DNA from: Bacteroidales bacterium
GTDB taxonomy: Bacteria; Bacteroidota; Bacteroidia; Bacteroidales; GCA-2748055
DNA length: 64,000 nucleotides
Direction of reading: 5' to 3'
Assembly (NCBI GenBank): GCA_029210585.1
Contig: JARGFP010000001.1
Location: 144,050-208,049, forward strand
Made by a program: the position numbers and the translations under genes. Below, piece after piece: positions 56,843 to 64,000 of this stretch. Under the pieces are notes generated by a model, which was not told where the DNA came from, searched no databases, and was given only the letters and a program-made list of their open reading frames with translations. Position 1 is the stretch's first letter. The number at the start of each line of letters is the position of its first letter.

Positions 56843-56951
56843 TTCATGTTGAATATAAAAGTTATATTGTAAAAATACACTAATAAACATACGTAACTTG
56901 CGCTTATCAGGATATTTTTTCTTTCGATCGTATGTGGATGTAACACCATTC

Positions 56952-58271
56952 TCATCCAGGAGACCCAGGGTTTTCCGCCTTAAAGGACAGCAGGAACAGG
57001 AGAGTCTCAATACCCAGGCACAGCCAGGCCACGGGTCCGTACCCATCAAAATACTTGTAGGAGAGACTGAACAGGTAAGGGCCCAGGGCTGAGCCTATGA
57101 CGGTCCAGCTCAGGGAGAACCCGGAGATGGCACCCAGGTGCTTCAGTCCGAAAAACCGGGGCCATGTGACCCCGATCAGCACCGCGTAGAGTCCCCAGAC
57201 GATCCCGTTACCACCGATCAGCAGCATATATCCCGGGCCTGTGTCACCGAGGATCAGCAAACCGGTTGCAGAGATAAGCATCCCGGCCACGAACAGGATC
57301 AGCAGGTATTTCAGCTTCACAAAGTCGCTCAGGTAGCTGAACCCAAACTGGATCGACATGGCGATAAACGAAGTGGGCAGAAAGATTCCCAGTGCCCTGA
57401 CTTCGTCCATGCCACCATCCTCAAAAATGGATACCACGTGGAAAGTGAGCCCTGTAACATAGAGTGAGGAAAGCGCCAGTGCCAGGGTAAAGGCCCAAAA
57501 CGCAAGGGTCGACCGGGCTTCTTTCAGGGTAAAATCGTGATCGGGCAGACTTGGCGGACGCTTACGCTGTTGCCTGGCAGACAGCCTGCCGTCGGGTTGC
57601 AGCCCGCAGCCCGCCGGGTTGTCCCTGAAAATCAGCAGGACAAATACAGCGAAAATAACACCCACGGCCAGTGCCAGTGCCTCCCAGGCGCCCCGCCATT
57701 CCAGTTTGTCGATGATCAGGCTGAAAATCCGGGGAGCCAGCGAAAAGCCGAATGCCGTAAAGATCCCCAGCACTGCGTTGGCCATCCCCCGGCGCTTGTC
57801 GAACCATTTCATCACCATGTTCCTGGAGACCATCGTGAGCATTCCCTGTCCGAAAAACCGGATCCCCCAGAAACCCACAGCAAGAAGCAGGAACGTTACC
57901 AGCACCGGGGAGAAAAAGCCGGCCCCGCCGATTCCCGCCACGATCACATCGACGCGTGTCAGGTACAGCAGCATGATTCCCAGCATCACCCCCGCAATGA
58001 AGGCCATGATCCTGGCACCATACCTGTCGTAAAGTTTCCCGGCCCGCGTAATCATCAGTCCTGAACCCAGGGTTCCAAACAGGTACGCCAGGCTCAGGTT
58101 GTCACGGTCGATCTGCAGGTCTTTGAGCAGGTATTCCGTGAATGCCGAAACGCCTACGGTCTGTCCCGGGCCACTCATCAGCATACCGAGCGTGCCTGCT
58201 GCCAGGATGATCCAGCCATAGAAAACAGGAAGTTTTGACGGGTCAAATGGTTGGGTACCTTTGTCTTTCAT
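56952..58271 (-). CDS. MFS transporter
   Basis: 439 aa with about 12 predicted TM segments and a central charged loop, an MFS-type layout. Confidence 0.85.
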   Translation of the reverse strand: MKDKGTQPFDPSKLPVFYGWIILAAGTLGMLMSGPGQTVGVSAFTEYLLKDLQIDRDNLSLAYLFGTLGSGLMITRAGKLYDRYGARIMAFIAGVMLGIMLLYLTRVDVIVAGIGGAGFFSPVLVTFLLLAVGFWGIRFFGQGMLTMVSRNMVMKWFDKRRGMANAVLGIFTAFGFSLAPRIFSLIIDKLEWRGAWEALALAVGVIFAVFVLLIFRDNPAGCGLQPDGRLSARQQRKRPPSLPDHDFTLKEARSTLAFWAFTLALALSSLYVTGLTFHVVSIFEDGGMDEVRALGIFLPTSFIAMSIQFGFSYLSDFVKLKYLLILFVAGMLISATGLLILGDTGPGYMLLIGGNGIVWGLYAVLIGVTWPRFFGLKHLGAISGFSLSWTVIGSALGPYLFSLSYKYFDGYGPVAWLCLGIETLLFLLSFKAENPGSPG

Positions 58272-58418
58272 CGATCAACTGTGCCTGCACAAGTGTGCTG
58301 TAAATATTTTTTTTTCCTGATAACTCCCGAAGCGTAGTTCCGTCGGTTCCTCTTCTTACTGTATGATCTTAAAGATTAATCCGTATGCTGCCTGATATTG
58401 GTTGTTCGCATTCCTGCA

Positions 58419-58847
58419 TTACCTGTTCCCCTTCCTGCTCCTGTGCGAAGATCCCCGCTGCATCTGGACGATCGTGGTATAGATCGCTATCCAGAGAATC
58501 AGTACAATGACCAGGGCAATGGATCTCTTGTGAATGTAAAAGCCGGAAAGACTCGCAATGATGTACTCATCCTCCTTATCGGGGTGAATGATCAGCGGTA
58601 TCGTCTCCCCGATTTCATATTTCAGATTTTCCGGGCCAAAGATACGGGAGGTGCGTTCCCCGTAGCTGTATTCAATCACAGCCCTGAATTCGGTCAGCCT
58701 GATCAGGGCATCTTCCCCGGATGAGACCTTCTGCATTTCAACTACTTCTCCCTGCACGCGTTCACCATTGAGCAGCAACCGCCACTCACGTGCAACGGGC
58801 ATTGCCAGGATCAACAGGAAGATGATCCAGAAATGAACGATATTCAA
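58419..58847 (-). CDS. Membrane protein (DUF3592-like)
   Basis: N-terminal TM, a beta-rich middle ('GEVVEMQKV...VIEYSYGERT') and a C-terminal TM, recalling DUF3592. Not verified. Confidence 0.6.
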   Translation of the reverse strand: MNIVHFWIIFLLILAMPVAREWRLLLNGERVQGEVVEMQKVSSGEDALIRLTEFRAVIEYSYGERTSRIFGPENLKYEIGETIPLIIHPDKEDEYIIASLSGFYIHKRSIALVIVLILWIAIYTTIVQMQRGSSHRSRKGNR

Positions 58848-58956
58848 ACGATGAATTTTCAGAGTTGAATATTATTATAACGTTTGCTACAGGTACCTGG
58901 AAACTATATTGAAGCAAGCTTATTTCAGCATGAATGCTTCGAATATTTGCGCGTCG

Positions 58957-59394
58957 CTATTCTTCAACAACGACGATCTTCTCAATCTTGTCGCCTTGCC
59001 TGATGTCATCGATTACCTCCTGTCCATCAACCACCTTGCCAAAACAGGTATGGTTGCGGTCGAGGTGGACCGTGTTCCTGCGGCTGTGGCAGATAAAAAA
59101 CTGAGATCCTCCGGTATTTCTACCGGCATGCGCCATGGAGAGCACACCACGGTCATGGTACTGGTTGTCACCATCAAGTTCGCAGTCGATGGTATACCCC
59201 GGTCCGCCCATTCCTGTTCCGTCCGGACAACCGCCCTGGATCACGAAATCAGGAATCACCCTGTGGAACGTGAGGCCATCATAGAATCCCTCTTTGGAAA
59301 GTTTGATAAAATTGTCGACGGTATTGGGCGCATCCTGGTCATAAAACTCAACATGCATCACCCCTTTTTCGGTATGTATATCTGCCTTCTTCAT
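58957..59394 (-). CDS. ppiB: Cyclophilin-type peptidyl-prolyl cis-trans isomerase
   Basis: '[13 protein letters not shown]', '[19 protein letters not shown]' and 'HTCFGKVV'. Confidence 0.95.
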   Translation of the reverse strand: MKKADIHTEKGVMHVEFYDQDAPNTVDNFIKLSKEGFYDGLTFHRVIPDFVIQGGCPDGTGMGGPGYTIDCELDGDNQYHDRGVLSMAHAGRNTGGSQFFICHSRRNTVHLDRNHTCFGKVVDGQEVIDDIRQGDKIEKIVVVEE

Positions 59395-59439
59395 TCGTTA
59401 ATCATTTTTTTGTTGCCGCAAAAGTACGAAAAAAAAGCA

Positions 59440-60414
59440 CTATTTCCCGGCATACCAGAATCCCCGGTTCCAGGCGTGTTCCCTGAGGCCGATCAGCGTA
59501 TCTGCTTTCAGATCGGGCAGCTTTGCCACTTTCGTGTTTTTCAGGGCCTGTTCCCTGTTCCTGATCCCGGGTATCACAGTTCCCACAGCAGGATGGGAAA
59601 GTGAAAATTTCAGTGCCAGCTCTGCCATGGATAAACCGTTGTTTCCAAACTCATCCGTGATCTCCTGCACGCGGTCCACTGCCCGTTGCAGGCGGTCTCC
59701 TTCAAAATACTTCTGGCGGAAATCGCCGTCCTCAAATTCTTCGTTCCCCTTGAATTTTCCCGTGAGCACACCTTCGTCGAATGCAACCCTGACAATGACT
59801 CCCACGTTTTTTTCCCTGGCCACGGGAAGCAGCTCCGCGGCAGGTTCCTGTTCAAAAATATTGTAAATCACCTGGACAGCATCCAGTAATCCTTCCTTCA
59901 TCAGCGCAACAACGCAGTTCTGGTCATGTTCAGGGGTGGAGATACCCACATTTTTAATCAGTCCCTCCTGTTTCATTTTGTGAAGGATCTCCAGTGCTTT
60001 CGGCTTCCTGTTCCATGCGCGTGTCCAGGTATGCAGCAACAGGATATCAAGGCTGTCGGTCTTCAGGTTTTTTAACCGCTCTTCTACGTTTTCCCGCAGG
60101 TACGCTTCGGGGTACCGCTCGTCGATGTCACAATAGGGCGAAGGGGGCCATTTCCCCTGTACAGGCGGGGTTTTGGTGCACACAAACACCTCTTCATCCC
60201 GTGTTTCCAGGAAATCACCGATGATCCTTTCGCTTTTGCCATTGCCATACCCGGCTGCCGTGTCGATAAAATTCACACCATTGTCGAGGGCAGCTTCAAG
60301 CGCTTCAAATGAATCGGTTACACTCTGCACACCCCAGCTTCCCCCGATGGCCCAGGCTCCAAAACCAATTTCCGACACGTTCAATCCTGTCTTTCCAAGT
60401 TGTCTGTATTTCAT
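59440..60414 (-). CDS. Aldo/keto reductase
   Basis: 'LGKTGLNVSEIGFGAW', 'NFIDTAAGYG.G.SE' and 'LDILLLH'. Confidence 0.9.
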   Translation of the reverse strand: MKYRQLGKTGLNVSEIGFGAWAIGGSWGVQSVTDSFEALEAALDNGVNFIDTAAGYGNGKSERIIGDFLETRDEEVFVCTKTPPVQGKWPPSPYCDIDERYPEAYLRENVEERLKNLKTDSLDILLLHTWTRAWNRKPKALEILHKMKQEGLIKNVGISTPEHDQNCVVALMKEGLLDAVQVIYNIFEQEPAAELLPVAREKNVGVIVRVAFDEGVLTGKFKGNEEFEDGDFRQKYFEGDRLQRAVDRVQEITDEFGNNGLSMAELALKFSLSHPAVGTVIPGIRNREQALKNTKVAKLPDLKADTLIGLREHAWNRGFWYAGK

Positions 60415-60486
60415 AGGTTCGGGATTATTGATTATGATGACGTCGTTTGTGTACCAAATATAGAGAATATCCGAATGAATCGAAAG

Positions 60487-61767
60487 TCAGGTAACTGCTC
60501 CCCTCTCCTCCCTGAAATCCAGGAACAGTTCCTTCTGAACGATCACCTGCATCTCCTGCACAGCCAAAAAAATCTCCTCGTAGGTGGTATACAGGGGACT
60601 GATGCCCAGCCTGATATTATCCGGTTCCCTGAAATCCGGGATGACCTGGAAGTTTCCTGTTCCCGGGTCGGTAAGTGCCTGGCTGATCCTGAAGGCTTCC
60701 GGATGCCGCAGAGACAGATGTGATCCGCGCCGGTCGCTTTCTGACGGGGATCCAGGTGAAAACCCAATGTTGTACAGGCAGGATGCTGCGAGCGTCTCAA
60801 GGAAAGCCAGCTGGTCCATGCTCTTTCTCCGCACCTGGTCCATTCCTGCCTCAGTAAGCATTTGCAGCGTCCGCTCCACCGGGACCATCGCAATAACTGG
60901 AGGCGTCCCGGTAAGAAACCGGCTGATCCCCTTTCCCGGCCTGTAACCGAGTCCGAACTCAAAGGGCGACAATTCCCCGAACCAGCCCCAGATGGGTGAA
61001 TGCAACTGTTCCTGCAGGTCTTTCCTGACATACAGGAATGCAGGCGCACCCGGTCCCCCGTTCAGGTACTTATAGGTACAGCCCACCGCAAGGTCTGCCG
61101 CAGCCCCGTTCAGGTCGACCGGAACAGCCCCGACGCTGTGACTGAGGTCCCACAACACCATTGCCCCCTTCCTGTGCGCCATTTCGGTCACCGTTTTCAT
61201 ATCATACATGAAAGCACTTTTGAATACCACATGGGAGAGGCTGACCAGCGCCGTGTCGTCATCGATTGCTTCTTCGAGCTGACCGGCCTGGATGGTCATG
61301 CCATCCCGGGATTCCAGTACCACGAGTTCATGATCATCTCCCAGCTGTTCGACAAGTCCCTGGAGGATATATATATCGGAAGGGAAATTCAGGTTATCGG
61401 TAATGATCTTTTTCTTTCCCTGCTGTCTCTTCAGGGCTGCTGCAGCAAGTTTATACAGGTTGACAGAGGTTGTGTCGGAAATGACCACCTCCCCTTCTGA
61501 TGCCCCGGTAATGGCAGCGATGCTGTTGCCCAGTGAATAACTGCGCGTATACCAGCCTTCATTCCATGACCTGATGAGCCGGTCACCCCAGGTCTGTTCA
61601 ACAGTATCTGCAATATCTCCGGGAGCCTTTTCCGGCAACCTGCCCAGTGAATTCCCGTCGAGGTATATCAGCCGATGGTCGGTAATCCTGAACTGTTCAC
61701 GGTACTGCCGCAACGGATCCTTTCGATCCAGTTCCCGTGCCTGATCCAGTGTTGGTAAAGTCATCAT
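60487..61767 (-). CDS. kynU: Kynureninase
   Basis: 'IYLDGNSLGRLP', 'WDLSHSVGAVP', 'CTYKYLNGGPGAP' and 'PDNIRLG'. The start is set at MMTLPTLDQ (61767); the 24 upstream codons look non-native. Confidence 0.9.
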   Translation of the reverse strand: MMTLPTLDQARELDRKDPLRQYREQFRITDHRLIYLDGNSLGRLPEKAPGDIADTVEQTWGDRLIRSWNEGWYTRSYSLGNSIAAITGASEGEVVISDTTSVNLYKLAAAALKRQQGKKKIITDNLNFPSDIYILQGLVEQLGDDHELVVLESRDGMTIQAGQLEEAIDDDTALVSLSHVVFKSAFMYDMKTVTEMAHRKGAMVLWDLSHSVGAVPVDLNGAAADLAVGCTYKYLNGGPGAPAFLYVRKDLQEQLHSPIWGWFGELSPFEFGLGYRPGKGISRFLTGTPPVIAMVPVERTLQMLTEAGMDQVRRKSMDQLAFLETLAASCLYNIGFSPGSPSESDRRGSHLSLRHPEAFRISQALTDPGTGNFQVIPDFREPDNIRLGISPLYTTYEEIFLAVQEMQVIVQKELFLDFREERGAVT

Positions 61768-61843
61768 TATACAGCGTTTATGGCAACGTAAAAAAATGAT
61801 CAACAAATAACTGGTCGAAATATCCGGCACTTGAAGCAAAACC

Positions 61844-62578
61844 TCAACTCAGCTCGCTTGCAGCTGCCTCATCCAGGTACCATTCCATCTCGCCGTGATG
61901 CGGGTCCACGAGGGCGGCCGGATATGCAGCAAAATTGCCCGTACGCATAACCACCTCCTTAACAACACCGGCTTTTTCCTGACCGGTGACAAGAAATGCA
62001 ACCCTGGCTGCCGCGTTGATCAGGTGGCCGGTAAAAGAGACCCGCTGCTGGCCCGTATCCGGATGTATTCCCACCGTACAGAGCTGCTCTTCGTTCCACA
62101 ATGCTGCCTGGTAGGGAAAGATCGAGGCTGTATGCCCATCGGCACCCATTCCCAGGAACACGATGTCAAACACCGGGAATGTCAATTCCGGTGAAACCTG
62201 GTCGAGGATCAGTTCCCCGTAACGTATCGCCTCCTTTAACGGATCCTCCTCTCCGCGGATCCTGAACCAGGAACTTCCGGGAATCTGCAATGGTTCCAGG
62301 AATGCTTGATATGCTGCCCCAAAATTACTTTCGGGGTGGACTGGCGGAACACAGCGGTCATCCACCCAGTACAACCTTACCTTGTTCCAGTTAATCGGTG
62401 GATTGAGCCGCACCATCGCCTTGAAGAACAGGTTTGGCGTACTGCCTCCTGAAAAGGCGATATCCACTTGCTGCTTTTCCTTTGCCAGGCGCATAACAAG
62501 CTCAGAGAATTCTCTCGCCAGGCTGTCGGCCAGTTTCTCCTTATCCGCAAAAATTTTCAATACAGGTGAAGTGTTCAT
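61844..62578 (-). CDS. pgl: 6-phosphogluconolactonase
   Basis: 'IAFSGGSTP', 'WVDDRCVP' and 'LGMGADGHTASIFP'. There is a 4-nt overlap with zwf. Confidence 0.9.
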   Translation of the reverse strand: MNTSPVLKIFADKEKLADSLAREFSELVMRLAKEKQQVDIAFSGGSTPNLFFKAMVRLNPPINWNKVRLYWVDDRCVPPVHPESNFGAAYQAFLEPLQIPGSSWFRIRGEEDPLKEAIRYGELILDQVSPELTFPVFDIVFLGMGADGHTASIFPYQAALWNEEQLCTVGIHPDTGQQRVSFTGHLINAAARVAFLVTGQEKAGVVKEVVMRTGNFAAYPAALVDPHHGEMEWYLDEAAASELS

Positions 62579-64000
62579 AATTCACAATATAATCCGTTAT
62601 CGACCAGGTTTTTACAGGGATAGCGCCAGGTCTTGCCCTCGCCCTCAATCATCTCATTGGCCTGCTCCGGACCCCAGGTCCCGCAGGGATAGCCATACAA
62701 CGGGAAATCCGGGTCCTCCTCCCACCGCTCCAGAATGGGCGCCACGAAGCGCCAGGCCTCCTCAACCGCATCGCCGCGTGAATACAGGGTTGAATCGCCC
62801 TGCATGCAGTCAAGCAGCAACCGCTCATAGGCATCAGGTAACTCGTCATCCGACAAATCCTTGTAATGAAAATCCATATTCACGGTTTGCACATTGTACC
62901 CGGCACCCTGTACCTTCATGCCAAACTTAAGCAGGATCCCTTCATTGGGCTGGATCCTTATCACGAGCTGGTTGGTGGAGTTGTATCCTACGCCCTCACT
63001 GCAAAACAGGGTATGTGGGGAAGATTTGAAATGGATCACAATCTCTGTTACCTTGGTGGGAAGTCTTTTTCCTGTGCGTATATAAAAAGGAACGCCGCCC
63101 CAGCGCCAGTTATCGATATACAGTTTCAGGGCCACGAAGGTTTCCGTCCGGGAATCTTCGGGAACGCCTTTTTCCGAACGGTAGGCCGGCAACAGCTCGC
63201 CACGCACATGGGACGCGCTGTATTGTCCCCTGATCAGTGATTGCTCAAGCTTTTCCTTTTCCAGTGGACGGAGTGACTGGAACACCTTCAGCATCTCGTT
63301 CCTGATGGTATCCGAACTGATCTCCGATGGTGGCTCCATGGCTACCAGGGCCACCAGTTGCATCAGGTGGTTCTGTAGCATGTCACGTAACGCACCTGAC
63401 CGGTCGTAATAACCTCCGCGGCTGCCCACACCCAGGCTTTCCGCCGAGGTGATCTCAACGTGATCGATATAATTCCTGTTCCAGAGCGGTTCAAAGATCC
63501 CGTTGGAAAAACGTGTCACCAGGATATTCTGAACAGTTTCCTTGCCCAGGTAGTGATCAATCCTGTAGACCTGGTCCTCATCCAGGTATTCGAGGAGTTC
63601 CCTGTTCAGTTCCCTGGCCGATTCCAGATCGAGACCGAAGGGCTTTTCGATAATTATGCGCTTCCAGGTTCCCTCCTCTTGTGTTGCAAGTCCATGTTCA
63701 TGAAGGAAGCGGGGAATCGTCCCGTACAATGAAGGAGGTGTGGCCAGGTAGAATATGTACCTGGCAGGTATTCCGGACGCTTCCCTGATCTTTTCCAGCT
63801 TTGCTGCCAGTCCCTTGTATCCCGACTCCTCCGCCGGGTCCATGGAAAGGTAATGCAGCATCCTGATAAATTCCTTGCCGCCATTGAATTTATCGGCAAA
63901 CTCCTGTAACGATTCTTCGGTGTAGGAACGGAAGGATGCATCATCATATTTTGTACGCCCGACGCCCAGGATCGCAAATTTTTCAGGGAGCAGCTTATCG
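62575..64000 (-). CDS. zwf: Glucose-6-phosphate dehydrogenase, 5'-partial (continues beyond window end)
   Basis: 'RIDHYLGKE' and 'EKPFG'. The frame stays open upstream of the ORF-track Met to base 64000 (…DKLLPEKFAILGVGRTKYDD…), which is the canonical Zwf N-terminal region. Confidence 0.95.
   Translation of the reverse strand, partial: DKLLPEKFAILGVGRTKYDDASFRSYTEESLQEFADKFNGGKEFIRMLHYLSMDPAEESGYKGLAAKLEKIREASGIPARYIFYLATPPSLYGTIPRFLHEHGLATQEEGTWKRIIIEKPFGLDLESARELNRELLEYLDEDQVYRIDHYLGKETVQNILVTRFSNGIFEPLWNRNYIDHVEITSAESLGVGSRGGYYDRSGALRDMLQNHLMQLVALVAMEPPSEISSDTIRNEMLKVFQSLRPLEKEKLEQSLIRGQYSASHVRGELLPAYRSEKGVPEDSRTETFVALKLYIDNWRWGGVPFYIRTGKRLPTKVTEIVIHFKSSPHTLFCSEGVGYNSTNQLVIRIQPNEGILLKFGMKVQGAGYNVQTVNMDFHYKDLSDDELPDAYERLLLDCMQGDSTLYSRGDAVEEAWRFVAPILERWEEDPDFPLYGYPCGTWGPEQANEMIEGEGKTWRYPCKNLVDNGLYCEL

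Noticed and set aside
56880-56960. Searched for an attR-type repeat of the tRNA-Asp 3' end at the far boundary of the AT-rich segment
   Set aside because: There is only a loose resemblance (tcatccaggagaccc vs tcgtccagaccgc), and it lies inside the MFS stop-codon region. There is no integrase either. The evidence is insufficient to call a bounded mobile element.
56843-57049. N-terminal 69 codons of the 255-aa ORF-track version of the AraC gene
   Set aside because: They overlap the 3' end of the MFS gene, are Cys/Trp/Arg-rich nonsense, and precede the conserved 'KLYIKNMVC' family N-terminus.
58909-59604. 231-aa plus-strand ORF spanning the cyclophilin and aldo/keto reductase genes
   Set aside because: It is antisense to two genes with unmistakable family signatures and has no motifs of its own.
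63654-63977. 107-aa minus-strand ORF near the window end
   Set aside because: It is out of frame with zwf. The zwf frame itself stays open to base 64000 and reads the canonical N-terminal region (LPEKFAILGVGRTKYDD).
1-64000. Scan for CRISPR arrays, IS elements or transposases, integrases, restriction-modification, toxin-antitoxin or known defence genes
   Set aside because: I saw no regularly spaced direct repeats and no ORF with the corresponding signatures. The RecD-like helicase sits in a conserved housekeeping context (DUF3822-rsmD side) and shows no defence-island neighbours.

Overview
This looks like a chromosomal segment of a Bacteroidota-type bacterium. The support is T9SS type-A and type-B C-terminal sorting domains, DUF1015-serA-serC and DUF3822-rsmD neighbourhoods, and leaders without a Shine-Dalgarno sequence. 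About 60 protein genes and one tRNA are supportable.

Most of the window (1-43 kb and 57-64 kb) is ordinary GC-richer core metabolism and housekeeping:
- serA/serC, gcvT, guaA, rnz and rpsA
- a ugd / UDP-xylose synthase / rmlACD / phospho-sugar mutase block
- rsmD, a GH13 amylase, cyclophilin, kynureninase and pgl-zwf
- several partner-switching-type signalling genes: Hpt+STAS, a second STAS, and a SiaB/SiaC-like pair

I found no CRISPR array, transposase, integrase, restriction system or recognisable defence system.

The unusual part is the visibly AT-richer stretch that starts right after tRNA-Asp (43123-43196) and runs to about 56.9 kb. It begins with about 2 kb of decayed or non-coding sequence. 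It then encodes:
- a DUF3494 ice-binding-like lipoprotein
- an M1 metallopeptidase
- several very small membrane proteins, two of them absent from the ORF track
- an OmpA/porin pair
- a CheB-CheR-PAS fusion and an AraC-type regulator

Inside this stretch there are four copies of a 37-bp bipartite motif, GTGTGAAT-N23-TGTAAC, with identical spacing. All four are intergenic and point at the adjacent gene. Two of them sit head-to-head in one divergent control region. This is my best candidate for an undescribed regulatory system (a private envelope- or stress-type regulon).

Limits: all functional calls come from reading the translations and recalling family signatures. No searches were run and GC content was not computed.
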